This document shows, piece after piece, positions 46,867-56,592 of a stretch of DNA of 64,000 nt; within the stretch, counting starts at the first letter, position 1, and each line of letters starts with the position of its first letter. Position numbers and translations under genes: made by a program. Source of the stretch: Solobacterium sp. (GTDB lineage: Bacteria; Bacillota_I; Bacilli_A; Erysipelotrichales; Erysipelotrichaceae); the NCBI RefSeq assembly GCF_015256775.1, contig NZ_JABZLM010000006.1; one strand, 5' to 3'. The notes under the pieces are model-generated. The model saw only the letters and a list, made by a program, of their open reading frames with translations, was not told the origin of the DNA and searched no databases.

Positions 46867-47502
46867 ATGAAAACTGGATTATTTATTACATTTGAAGGAC
46901 CTGATGGAAGCGGTAAAACAACCGTGAGTACTGCTGTCACAAAAATGCTAGAAGCAGATGGCTATCAGGTACGTTATACAAGAGAACCAGGTGGTTCCAA
47001 TATTGCCGAACAGATTCGTCATGTTATCTTAGACCCTAAGAATACAGAGATGGATGCTAGAACAGAAGCACTACTTTATGCCGCAAGTAGAAGACAGCAC
47101 CTTGTAGATAAGGTTTTACCTGTTCTTGCTCAAGGAATTCATGTCATCAGTGACCGCTTTGTGGACAGTTCCCTAGCATATCAAGGTTGTGGCCGCGAGA
47201 TTGGTATGGATGAAGTTTACGAAATCAACCAATTTGCGATTGAAAACCATATGCCTGATAAGACAATCTTCCTACAGATTGATGCGGAAACAGGTTTAAA
47301 GCGCATCCGTAAAGGAAGAGAAGTACTAGACAGACTTGATCAAGAAAGTGTTGAATTCCACGAGCGTGTTCATGAAGGTTATCAAAAAGTGATTGAGAAA
47401 TACGCTGATCGTATGATTATCGTAGATGCGACCGCTGATGTCGATACAGTGATTCAAAAGTCCTATGAAATTGTGAAAGGATTATTAGATGCGCAAGGAT
47501 GA
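46867..47502 (+). CDS. tmk: thymidylate kinase
   Basis: P-loop FEGPDGSGKTT and DRF motif (DRFVDSSLAY). Confidence 0.9.
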   Translation: MKTGLFITFEGPDGSGKTTVSTAVTKMLEADGYQVRYTREPGGSNIAEQIRHVILDPKNTEMDARTEALLYAASRRQHLVDKVLPVLAQGIHVISDRFVDSSLAYQGCGREIGMDEVYEINQFAIENHMPDKTIFLQIDAETGLKRIRKGREVLDRLDQESVEFHERVHEGYQKVIEKYADRMIIVDATADVDTVIQKSYEIVKGLLDAQG

Positions 47503-48496
47503 GTTACAGCAACAACAACCTCTGTTTTATCATGCGTTAGAAAATGCATGCATGAATCATAGAGTTGCGAATGCTTATCTTTTATCCGGCCCTCACGGAA
47601 CCCTAAAACACGAAGCTGCTCTTTTATTCGCAAAGAGTATCTTTTGCGAACAACACCATGGTATCGCTTGTGAAGAATGCAATACATGCCGGCGTGTAGA
47701 AGAGGGCTTATATGCAGACATGGTTCTACTTGATGGTTCCAAGAATGCAATCTCCAAAGATGATGTAGATACAATCCAAGAGAAATTCTCAAAGACTGCA
47801 TTAGAAGATGGAGATGGCTCACGTGTATACATTTTAGAAAACGTAGAAAACGCAAGTATCTCTGCGCAAAACAGTATGTTAAAGTTTTTGGAAGAACCAG
47901 CATCTGGTGTTGTTGCTATTCTTACTACTGATAACATCGATCGTATCTTACCAACCATTGTTTCACGCTGTACGTTAATCCCCTTCTCCCCATTATCAGA
48001 AGACTATCTACTTTCCAAAGCAAAAGAAGTTGGCGTACAAGATGTGGATGCTTACTTTATCTCTCACCTTGTAAAAGATATCAATCAGATGAAGGAATTT
48101 GCGGACAGTTCTATCTTTGAAACCTGCAAGATGATGTTTAGACAATACTTTAATCTTGAAGGAAGTCGCGAAGAACTATTGGTAGATTATGATATCTCCT
48201 ATCGTTCAAGCGAAAAAGACAGTGCAAAAGCAAAGAAAGAAAACATTTTATTACTCAATGGATTCTTCGACCTCATGTCATTATTTGCCCATGATGTTAT
48301 ATGCAAGCATGTTGAAGGACCACATTGGTACAAAGAATTATTACAACAAGAAATAAACAAACAGAAAGAATATGGAGAATTGATCATTATCTTACAAGAA
48401 CAAAAAGATAAGATTAATCGGTTTATTGATTTAAATCTATTAATGGATCAAACCTTCTATAGATTGGAGGAATTCAACCATGAACATGGAATGTGA
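47489..48496 (+). CDS. holB: DNA polymerase III delta' subunit
   Basis: AAA+-like GPHGTLK and a zinc module CEECNTC. tmk-holB synteny. Confidence 0.8.
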   Translation: MRKDELQQQQPLFYHALENACMNHRVANAYLLSGPHGTLKHEAALLFAKSIFCEQHHGIACEECNTCRRVEEGLYADMVLLDGSKNAISKDDVDTIQEKFSKTALEDGDGSRVYILENVENASISAQNSMLKFLEEPASGVVAILTTDNIDRILPTIVSRCTLIPFSPLSEDYLLSKAKEVGVQDVDAYFISHLVKDINQMKEFADSSIFETCKMMFRQYFNLEGSREELLVDYDISYRSSEKDSAKAKKENILLLNGFFDLMSLFAHDVICKHVEGPHWYKELLQQEINKQKEYGELIIILQEQKDKINRFIDLNLLMDQTFYRLEEFNHEHGM

Positions 48497-49661
48497 ACAC
48501 GGTTCATGCGGTTGTCCAATGCACCAAGAACAGGAACAACCGACAGTGAAATATGCCTATTCCGTCGCTGTGCGATTTAAGAATGCTACAAAACCGTATT
48601 CTTTTGGCTGCGATAACGCAGATATCAAAAAAGGAAGCTGGGTTGTTGTAGAAACAGCACAAGGAATCGAAATGGGTGAGGTGGATGCGGATGCTTTATG
48701 TATCGAAAGATACAATCTACATATGCCAACAAAACCAATTATTCGTATCGCTACAGAGAAAGACCAAAAGATGTACGCTGAAAACGCCATTGCGGAAAGT
48801 GAAGCGTATCGTATCTGTAACGAAGAAATTCAAAGTTTAAATCTCGATATGAATCTGATGAGTGCACAGTATACGCTTGATCGCTCAAAGGTTCTATTTG
48901 TATACCTCGCTGATCAACGTGTCGATTTCCGCGAGCTTTTAAAGGTATTAGGAACACGTCTGCACTGCCGTATTGAGCTACGTCAGATTGGTGAACGTGA
49001 TAAGGCAAAGATGGTCGGTGGTATCGGTATGTGTGGTATGGAAACATGTTGCAGCCGATTCAAGAATCACTTTGATGTTATTTCAATCAATATGGCTAAG
49101 ACACAACAGCTTGCCCTTAACGTAGAGAAACTCTCCGGTATGTGCGGTAAGTTAATGTGCTGCTTGAAGTATGAAGAAAATGATTATAAAGAACTAACAA
49201 CAGGACTTCCTAAGATGGGATCTCAAGTTGAATATGATGGTATGGTATACCGTCTTACAAGCATGAATGTCATGAAGCAAGAAGCTAAGTTAGAAAATCG
49301 CGAACAAGTACTCTTTATTTCCTTGGATAATTTACGTGAGAAAGCTATTCCACGTAAAGGCTTTGTTCAACAGAACAACCAAAAGAATGATAAACCAGTA
49401 CATCGTACGATGGTTCATGAGGGTGTAGCTGCACCAGTGAATAAAGACAAAGCGGTACATGTTTCCACTGACTTACCAACGGTAAAGGTAGAACCATCAA
49501 AACCACAAAATAACCGTTCAAACAACAAGAAACCAAACAAAGCACATTCCAACAAGCAAAATCAACCACGCCAAAACGTGGAAAAGAATAGTGCTGAACG
49601 CAAGAATGTTACTGTACGTACATTTGGACGCAAGAAAAAAGATGAGGGCGATAACGCATGA
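48480..49661 (+). CDS. ricT: PSP1/YaaT (RicT) family protein with Cys/His-rich N-terminal and low-complexity basic C-terminal extensions
   Basis: PSP1 core with MCGKLMCCLKYE. Conserved tmk-holB-yaaT-rsmI order. At 393 aa it is longer than typical YaaT. Confidence 0.7.
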   Translation: MNMECEHGSCGCPMHQEQEQPTVKYAYSVAVRFKNATKPYSFGCDNADIKKGSWVVVETAQGIEMGEVDADALCIERYNLHMPTKPIIRIATEKDQKMYAENAIAESEAYRICNEEIQSLNLDMNLMSAQYTLDRSKVLFVYLADQRVDFRELLKVLGTRLHCRIELRQIGERDKAKMVGGIGMCGMETCCSRFKNHFDVISINMAKTQQLALNVEKLSGMCGKLMCCLKYEENDYKELTTGLPKMGSQVEYDGMVYRLTSMNVMKQEAKLENREQVLFISLDNLREKAIPRKGFVQQNNQKNDKPVHRTMVHEGVAAPVNKDKAVHVSTDLPTVKVEPSKPQNNRSNNKKPNKAHSNKQNQPRQNVEKNSAERKNVTVRTFGRKKKDEGDNA

Positions 49662-50527
49662 ACCGCCAGAAATCCTTCGAAAATGAAAAACCAACGCTCT
49701 ATTTAGTACCTACTCCGATTGGGAATCTCAACGAGATGACTCCACGAGCTATTGATGTCTTAAATAGCGTCGATGTAATTGCGTGTGAAGACACACGTAA
49801 TAGTGGACAGTTACTAAAGCATTTTGGTATTTCAAAACGATTGATTGCCTATCAAAACTTTAATGAAACATCTAGCACAAAAGGCATTATTAACTTACTA
49901 TCCCAAGGAAATAATATTGCCTTAATCTCTGATGCTGGATATCCATTAATCAACGATCCAGGTCAAAGGGTTGTCAGTGAAGTGACAGCGCTTGGATACA
50001 ACGTTGTACCAATTTCAGGCTGTAGTGCTTTCTTGAACGCACTCGTTGCGTCAGGATTAATCGCACAACCATTCATCTTCATCGGTTTCTTACCACCATC
50101 CACACATGATTGTGTTAAGAAACTACGTCTATACCAATCTTATCCAATGACACTCATTATGTATGAAGCACCACATCGCATTGAAAAGATGCTTCAAAGT
50201 TGCTTAGATGTATTAGGTGATCGTCATATCTGTATCGCCCGCGAATTAACAAAGGTACATGAGGAGTTCATCCGTGGTACGATTTCCGAGATCCTGCCAA
50301 TTGCCTCAGAATTAAAAGGTGAAATGGTTGTTGTGATTGAAGGCAATCAAGATGACTATGAAAAAGATATCGATATGGGGCAAATCCTGAATATGGTAAA
50401 TACTTCTATTGAAAGTGGAATGTCTACAAGTGCCGCAATCAAAGAAGTTGCCAAACAGACAGGTATCTCAAAAAATCAGATCTATGATTTAGTTCATGGT
50501 AAAACTGATCAGAAAGGTGTGTGCTAA
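49658..50527 (+). CDS. rsmI: 16S rRNA (cytidine1402-2'-O)-methyltransferase RsmI
   Basis: Tetrapyrrole-methylase-fold motifs LYLVPTPIGNL and ISDAGYPLI. Confidence 0.85.
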   Translation: MNRQKSFENEKPTLYLVPTPIGNLNEMTPRAIDVLNSVDVIACEDTRNSGQLLKHFGISKRLIAYQNFNETSSTKGIINLLSQGNNIALISDAGYPLINDPGQRVVSEVTALGYNVVPISGCSAFLNALVASGLIAQPFIFIGFLPPSTHDCVKKLRLYQSYPMTLIMYEAPHRIEKMLQSCLDVLGDRHICIARELTKVHEEFIRGTISEILPIASELKGEMVVVIEGNQDDYEKDIDMGQILNMVNTSIESGMSTSAAIKEVAKQTGISKNQIYDLVHGKTDQKGVC

Positions 50528-50530
50528 CGA

Positions 50531-51364
50531 ATGTTAAATCAATACGGACAATTAACCTTAGAACAAACACTGTTCTATCTTGCGATTGCGATTTTACCTG
50601 CAATCTTCTTCATGATTTATATCTATCGCAATGATGATAAAGAAAAAGAACCACCACTCTTATTACTAAAATGTATTATTGGTGGTCTACTCTCTGTACC
50701 AGTCGCAATCATATTAGAGATGCTTTCTGAACAGGTAGTCTTTTATCTTTTAGAAAATGTAGTGACAGCTACACAAGTCAATTACGGTATTCTAACCGCA
50801 ATCTTTGTTGGGCTCATCGAAGAAGGCGCAAAGTTCTTCTTCCTCTATCGATTCACATGGAAAGACAAGGCATTCAATTATCGCTTTGATGGTATTGTAT
50901 ACGCTGTATTCGTATCACTTGGATTTGCGGCATTAGAAAATGTCTTCTATGTATTTAATTATGGAACAGGTGTTGCTTTACAGCGTGCACTTCTCACAAT
51001 TCCAGGACACATGAGCTTTGCGGTATACATGGGCTTATACTATGGTCATGCAAAAGTAGCTGAAGCTGTTAATAGCCCTGATGTAAAGTCACTAAACTTA
51101 AAAGCTTCTTATGCATTTGCGGTATTACTACATACAATCTTTGACGCAACACTGATGGTAGAATCCGATATCGGACTAATCTTCTTCTTTATCTTCGTTG
51201 CAATCCTAGATATCATCGTATACCGCACGATTCACTTAGAGTCCAAGAATGATATTCCTATCGTTCCACCAACAGAAGAGGATATCTACGCAGAAACCCA
51301 ATTATCACGACCATCTCCAATCGTTAAAATTACACACGATGTAAGTGAACGTGAAAAAATGTAA
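50531..51364 (+). CDS. PrsW-family intramembrane metalloprotease
   Basis: Conserved EEGAKF, FAALEN and HTIFD motifs within a polytopic membrane protein. Confidence 0.7.
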   Translation: MLNQYGQLTLEQTLFYLAIAILPAIFFMIYIYRNDDKEKEPPLLLLKCIIGGLLSVPVAIILEMLSEQVVFYLLENVVTATQVNYGILTAIFVGLIEEGAKFFFLYRFTWKDKAFNYRFDGIVYAVFVSLGFAALENVFYVFNYGTGVALQRALLTIPGHMSFAVYMGLYYGHAKVAEAVNSPDVKSLNLKASYAFAVLLHTIFDATLMVESDIGLIFFFIFVAILDIIVYRTIHLESKNDIPIVPPTEEDIYAETQLSRPSPIVKITHDVSEREKM

Positions 51365-51411
51365 GGTTTGTTGTATTATAAGGTTAACGATATTAATAAG
51401 AGGAGTAATTT

Positions 51412-52128
51412 ATGTTAAGTGATCCAACAATTGTCAAATTGATTATCATGGGCCTAGTAGGCACAAACGTTGTCTTACTTGCGGCCGTTATCTTCTTGGC
51501 ATTTAAGAAAAATACATATTATGTAGATGCGGACGGAAACGATGTAGGTACAACAAGAAAGCCACAAGTTAAGAAAGTTGTACAAGCTACACCAATCGCT
51601 CCAAAACCAGAACCAATGCAACAACCAAAGCAGAATGTAGAGGACTCACTCGCTGCGACAACAGTTCTTACTGACTTAGAAAGACCTGTTATGCCAGTAT
51701 CCCCAGCAATCAAACCAGTAAAGGTTGATTCCTTGGATACACCAATCCGCGAAAAGAATAATGATGATTCCGCAACACTATTCGAGGAAATCTTCTCTAC
51801 AACAAATCTAGATGAAGCTGATCCAAAGATTCTCGTTACAATCAAAGTTGCAGGGCAAACAAAGGACCATACAATTAGTAAATTACCATGCTTGATCGGT
51901 CGTGAAGCTGCTAGTTGTGACCTTGTCATCAATGAACCAGCAATCAGCCGTAAACATGCACGCATATTAATCGAAAGTGATACATTCTATTTAGCAGATG
52001 TTTCCGAACACAATGGAACATACCTAAATGGAATTAAACTACCACCGCTTGGTAAAGCTCGTATCCATGAGGGAGATCACATCAACCTAGGGCGTGCAGA
52101 AATTGTCATCAATCAAATTATTGACTAA
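51412..52128 (+). CDS. membrane-anchored FHA-domain protein
   Basis: N-terminal TM helix, a Pro/Lys-rich linker, and a C-terminal FHA motif (IGREAASCDLVINEPAISRKHARI...NGTYLNG). Confidence 0.7.
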   Translation: MLSDPTIVKLIIMGLVGTNVVLLAAVIFLAFKKNTYYVDADGNDVGTTRKPQVKKVVQATPIAPKPEPMQQPKQNVEDSLAATTVLTDLERPVMPVSPAIKPVKVDSLDTPIREKNNDDSATLFEEIFSTTNLDEADPKILVTIKVAGQTKDHTISKLPCLIGREAASCDLVINEPAISRKHARILIESDTFYLADVSEHNGTYLNGIKLPPLGKARIHEGDHINLGRAEIVINQIID

Positions 52129-52129
52129 A

Positions 52130-52151
52130 GATGCTTACGAGCATCTTTTTT
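52130..52151 (+). terminator. rho-independent terminator (gatgct-tacg-agcatc plus T6). Copy 1 of a duplicated 22-bp element.
   Basis: An identical 22-mer, gatgcttacgagcatctttttt, recurs at 52494-52515. Confidence 0.6.
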
Positions 52152-52218
52152 CTTCATATAAAGAGGCAGGATAACTCTATTCGAAATACCCTACCTTTTC
52201 TATGAATATTCAATTTAT

Positions 52219-52386
52219 TTAATGCTGCTTATTTTGTAATTTACGATATATAAGTATATATAAAAGAGAAAGTATGATAGTAATCAAAATAGAGAGGTCT
52301 GGCAACTTCATCTTAACTAAGAAAAAATATTGTTGTATTCCATTAATTACTGCATATATCATAAACAATTTTATGTCATTCTTCAT
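52219..52386 (-). CDS. small hydrophobic peptide (55 aa; MKNDIKLFMIYAVINGIQQYFFLVKMKLPDLSILITIILSLLYILIYRKLQNKQH)
   Basis: AAAGGGGAAG RBS 7 nt upstream of ATG. Single predicted TM helix. Lies in an AT-rich segment between the two copies of the duplicated terminator element. Too short to appear in the >=60-aa ORF track. Confidence 0.4.
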   Translation of the reverse strand: MKNDIKLFMIYAVINGIQQYFFLVKMKLPDLSILITIILSLLYILIYRKLQNKQH

Positions 52387-52493
52387 TTTTCTTCCCCTTT
52401 GTTTTATCTAATTAAATTGTATGCCTATCATGGATAAATAACCAGACTTCAAACTCTTGTTTCTAAGTTGCATAATTACTCATATTGTTCAAT

Positions 52494-52515
52494 GATGCTT
52501 ACGAGCATCTTTTTT
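52494..52515 (+). terminator. copy 2 of the duplicated terminator hairpin (gatgct-tacg-agcatc plus T6)
   Basis: Identical to 52130-52151. Confidence 0.5.
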
Positions 52516-52564
52516 ATGATTCTGTACAATAATGCTGTATGATTAACAGGTATGGAGGTTCAGT

Positions 52565-55462
52565 ATGAATTTAGAACTAAACAACAAGCTACATGGATTT
52601 GTCCTTGAACAAATCAAAGATATTGAAGACGCAAAAGGAACTTTATATATGTTCCGCCACGTTCAAACAAACGCAGAACTCTGTTGGTTAAAACGTGATG
52701 ATAAAAATAAGACCTTTGCGATTACCTTCAAAACAATCCCTGATAACGATACAGGTGTTTTCCACATTCTAGAACATAGTGTTCTAAATGGTTCAAAGAA
52801 GTATCCTGTACGTGAACCATTTGTAGAACTATTAAAGAGTAGTTTACAAACATTCTTAAATGCTTTTACGTATCCAGATAAGACAATGTATCCGGTAAGT
52901 AGTCGCAATGACAAAGACTATATGAACCTCATTTCTGTATATATGGATGCGGTATTTCAACCAGCAATCTATACGAATCCAAATATCTTCTTACAAGAAG
53001 GTTGGCATTATCAGATTCATGATGTAAATGAAGAGATGGAATATAGTGGTGTTGTACTCAATGAAATGAAGGGTGCCTTCTCCTCTGTTGATGAAACAAT
53101 CGTAGATGAACTTAATCGTATGCTATTCCCAGATAACTGCTATAAATATGTATCTGGCGGTGATCCACGTTACATCACAGATTTAACTTATGAGAAGTTT
53201 ATCGAAACACATCAGAAGTTCTATCATCCATCCAACGCTCGTATTTGGGTAGATGGTAACCTAGATATTGATGAAGTACTTCGTTTTATCCATGAAGAAT
53301 ACTTTGTTAACTATCAAAAGGAAGAGATGGATTTCGCAATTCCTATGCAGAAGGTTCTACCAGCTGTACACAATCGTATATCCTACGAAGTCAGTGAAAA
53401 TGAACCTACAGAGAATCGCTCTCATATCTCTTTTGCAAAGATTATTTCTACATACGATTCTTATGTACAAAATATCGCATGGTCTACACTATCTTCCACA
53501 CTTGTGGCCAACAATGAATCACCATTAAAGAAGGCTATCCTCGATAACAATCTCGGTGAAGATGTTGATTTAGACTTATATGATGGTATTCAACAGCCAT
53601 GGCTTGTCTTAACTATTCGTAATACAGACGCAGACAAGTATAATGCAATCCGAGAAACGTTACGCTCTGCCACAAGCGAGCTTGTAAAGAATGGACTAGA
53701 CCACGAAGAATTACACGCAACAATCAACCAGATGGAATTCCGTTATCGTGAAAGTCATGAACCAGCAGGTTTAATGTATGGACAACGCGCAATGGATAGT
53801 TGGTTATACGGTGGTGATCCAGCAGAACCACTATCTAATGGAAAGATATTTGATATCTTACGTGAAAAGATTGAACAAGGATATTTCGAGGAACTATTAT
53901 CATCCTTCTTATTGGACGAAGAACATCTAAACTCTCTTACTGTCGTGCCATCCACAACAATGGGAGCTGAACGTATCGCAGATGAAAAGAAACGTCTAGC
54001 AGATATCAAGGCTTCCAGCAAAGAGAATGTTCTAAAGTATATTGAACAAAACAAGGCATTAGACCTCTGGCAGCAGTCCTCTGACACAAAGGAACAATTA
54101 GCTACCCTACCTAAGATTCATCTTTCAGAGATTGATGAAAAACCAGAAGATTTACCACTACAAATTGAAAAAGTGCAGTCTGTTAAGACACTGGTCCACC
54201 CAGCGCAAGAATCAGGTATTGTATACCTATTCTTCTACTTCTCACTTGCAGGAATTACAATCAAGCATTTACCAGCGGTTGGTTTATTTACTGATTTACT
54301 CATGAACTTACCAACTACCAAGAAAACAGTTCGCCAGTTACAACGTGCTGTACGCAAGGACCTTGGTTCCTTAAATATTGTAACAGACGTATACTCACCA
54401 GATAATCGTTCTGATGCATGCATTCCAGTCCTTGCGGTATCCTGTTCTGTACTTGAAAGAAATATAGATAAGGTTGTCCCACTCATTTTAGAAGTAATCA
54501 AAGATACAAAGTTTACAAAGGAAGAAATCTTACCTATCCTCAAACAAGGTAACGAAGGCGCAAGACAATCCATCATCATGAATGGACACTCCTTCGCAAT
54601 GCGTCGTGTATCTGCGCACCATAGTGCAGAAGGTGTATTCCGTGAATATATCGGTGGATATGAGAATGCATTATTTAGTAAGCAGTTAGAAGATAACTAC
54701 GATGAAATGATTGATGAAGTCCTCAATGAATTTGAGATGTACCAGGAAGTATTATTCTCTAAGGATCGTCTGATTGCGAGTGTAACTGGTAATCATTTAG
54801 ATGTGGTAGAAGAATTTGTCGCTGGTATCAATCGCATTGAAGCACAGGGAAATGTTGTACACTACCCACTCTTACAAGAACCAAAAGAAGCACTTCAAAT
54901 CCCAGCAGGTATCTCCTACTCTGCTGCAGGTACTAACATTAAGTCATTCAACTTTGAATACGATCCATGCTTGCAGGTAATCGCTCATCTATTGACCTAT
55001 GATTATCTATGGACTGAAGTTCGTGTGAAAGGCAATGCGTATGGTACAGGCTTTAGTGCAAATCCAAATGGAAATATCGCCGCATACTCCTACCGTGACC
55101 CAAGTCCTCTACATTCCATTGAGGTTTACCGCGATATATACAAACGTATCAAGCAACTCGCTGAAGATGAACATACCGACTTAGCAGGATATATCATTGG
55201 AACAATTGCGGCAGCAGAGCCACTCTTAGCACCAGCTGCAAAAGTTCGACTAGCAGATATTCGCTACTTCCGTAACACCACATACGAAAACTTATGTGCT
55301 GCACGCAAAAAAATTCTCTCTATGACAAGAGAAGATCTTGCAAGATACGTAGAACTCTTTGAAAAGGCATTACAAGAGCCAACATCCTGCATTGTCGCAA
55401 ACGCAGAAACAATCGAACAATGTAAGGAAGAAGGATACACTATCCTTGATCCAATCTCTTAA
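52565..55462 (+). CDS. M16-family zinc metallopeptidase, large PreP/falcilysin-like (M16C) type
   Basis: Inverted zinc motif HILEHSVLNGS (HxxEH) plus ENE-region. 965 aa. Confidence 0.8.
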   Translation: MNLELNNKLHGFVLEQIKDIEDAKGTLYMFRHVQTNAELCWLKRDDKNKTFAITFKTIPDNDTGVFHILEHSVLNGSKKYPVREPFVELLKSSLQTFLNAFTYPDKTMYPVSSRNDKDYMNLISVYMDAVFQPAIYTNPNIFLQEGWHYQIHDVNEEMEYSGVVLNEMKGAFSSVDETIVDELNRMLFPDNCYKYVSGGDPRYITDLTYEKFIETHQKFYHPSNARIWVDGNLDIDEVLRFIHEEYFVNYQKEEMDFAIPMQKVLPAVHNRISYEVSENEPTENRSHISFAKIISTYDSYVQNIAWSTLSSTLVANNESPLKKAILDNNLGEDVDLDLYDGIQQPWLVLTIRNTDADKYNAIRETLRSATSELVKNGLDHEELHATINQMEFRYRESHEPAGLMYGQRAMDSWLYGGDPAEPLSNGKIFDILREKIEQGYFEELLSSFLLDEEHLNSLTVVPSTTMGAERIADEKKRLADIKASSKENVLKYIEQNKALDLWQQSSDTKEQLATLPKIHLSEIDEKPEDLPLQIEKVQSVKTLVHPAQESGIVYLFFYFSLAGITIKHLPAVGLFTDLLMNLPTTKKTVRQLQRAVRKDLGSLNIVTDVYSPDNRSDACIPVLAVSCSVLERNIDKVVPLILEVIKDTKFTKEEILPILKQGNEGARQSIIMNGHSFAMRRVSAHHSAEGVFREYIGGYENALFSKQLEDNYDEMIDEVLNEFEMYQEVLFSKDRLIASVTGNHLDVVEEFVAGINRIEAQGNVVHYPLLQEPKEALQIPAGISYSAAGTNIKSFNFEYDPCLQVIAHLLTYDYLWTEVRVKGNAYGTGFSANPNGNIAAYSYRDPSPLHSIEVYRDIYKRIKQLAEDEHTDLAGYIIGTIAAAEPLLAPAAKVRLADIRYFRNTTYENLCAARKKILSMTREDLARYVELFEKALQEPTSCIVANAETIEQCKEEGYTILDPIS

Positions 55463-55463
55463 A

Positions 55464-55487
55464 ACGGCAGAAATGCCGTTTTTTATT
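55464..55487 (+). terminator. rho-independent terminator (acggcag-aaa-tgccgt plus T6)
   Basis: Direct reading after the M16 gene stop. Confidence 0.65.
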
Positions 55488-55628
55488 GTTTAAATGTGTC
55501 TAACTTTCATTAAAAATGAAATATTTTCAGGTTAGTTAGTTCTAACATGCGAAAAAATCACAAACTTCTTTGAGCAAAGGTGTTGAATTCAAAACAAATC
55601 ATTCTATAATGATAATGGTTCTCAATAA

Positions 55629-56057
55629 GTGGTGATTATGAAAAGAAGACAGACTTATCAAAAACAGGAAATATTGAATATCATCCAAGGAGTTGGAACG
55701 CATATGACTGCGGAAGAAGTTAAGTCTGCTTTAGATCAAAAGGAGACCGGCATTGGTTTAGCGACTGTATATCGCAATCTCAATCTTCTCGTCCAAGAAG
55801 GTGTGATTCGTAAGTATACAGGTGAAGGCTACAACTTCTATGACGGTAACCCTGCTCCACACGATCACTTACGTTGCACAAAGTGCGGTAAGATGATTGA
55901 CCTTGGTGAAATGCCTTATGATTCTTGCCCAGATGAAAAGGTAGAAAAATTCACCGGTGGAAAAGTATTCAGTCATGTCACTATTTTTGAGGGAATTTGC
56001 AAAGATTGTCTAAATGAGGAGGACACAAGCAATGGAATTAAAGGGTTCAAAAACTGA
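55629..56057 (+). CDS. perR: Fur-family metalloregulator (PerR-like)
   Basis: HTH region, then HHDH and CxxC...CxxC (CTKCG...CKDC) metal sites. Adjacent to rubrerythrin. Confidence 0.7.
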   Translation: MVIMKRRQTYQKQEILNIIQGVGTHMTAEEVKSALDQKETGIGLATVYRNLNLLVQEGVIRKYTGEGYNFYDGNPAPHDHLRCTKCGKMIDLGEMPYDSCPDEKVEKFTGGKVFSHVTIFEGICKDCLNEEDTSNGIKGFKN

Positions 56058-56571
56058 AAAGAATTTAAATGATGCATTCGCTGGCGAGTCAATGGCTCGC
56101 AACAAGTACACTTTCTTCGCTGAGAAGGCTCGTGAAGAAGGTTACGAACAAATCGCAAACATCTTCTTAGAAACAGCACGTAACGAACAGGAACACGCTA
56201 AGCAGTGGTTCATCGCATTATGCGGTGGCGCTATCCCAACAACTCATGAATGCTTACAGATGGGTGCTGATGGTGAAAACTACGAGTGGACAGACATGTA
56301 CAAGAGAATGGCTGCAGAAGCTCGTGAAGAAGGATTCACACGTATCGCAGCTCAAATGGATATGGTAGCTAAGGTTGAAAAGGAACACGAAGAAAGATAC
56401 GAGAAGTTAAAGGCTAATGTCTTAAACTCACAAGTATTCGAAAAGGACGAGCCAGTAGTATGGCAGTGCGAAATCTGTGGTTACACAATTGAGTCCAAGA
56501 AGGCTCCTAAGATCTGCCCACTATGCAGCTACAAGGAAAGCTTCTTCGAAGTTAAGAAGGAAAATTACTAA
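56032..56571 (+). CDS. rbr: rubrerythrin
   Basis: Di-iron ExxH motifs (EQEH, EHEE) and a C-terminal rubredoxin-like CEICG...CPLC. Start at MELKGS with a GAGGAGG RBS. Confidence 0.85.
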   Translation: MELKGSKTEKNLNDAFAGESMARNKYTFFAEKAREEGYEQIANIFLETARNEQEHAKQWFIALCGGAIPTTHECLQMGADGENYEWTDMYKRMAAEAREEGFTRIAAQMDMVAKVEKEHEERYEKLKANVLNSQVFEKDEPVVWQCEICGYTIESKKAPKICPLCSYKESFFEVKKENY

Positions 56572-56592
56572 AATAAAATGGAAGCCAAATTG

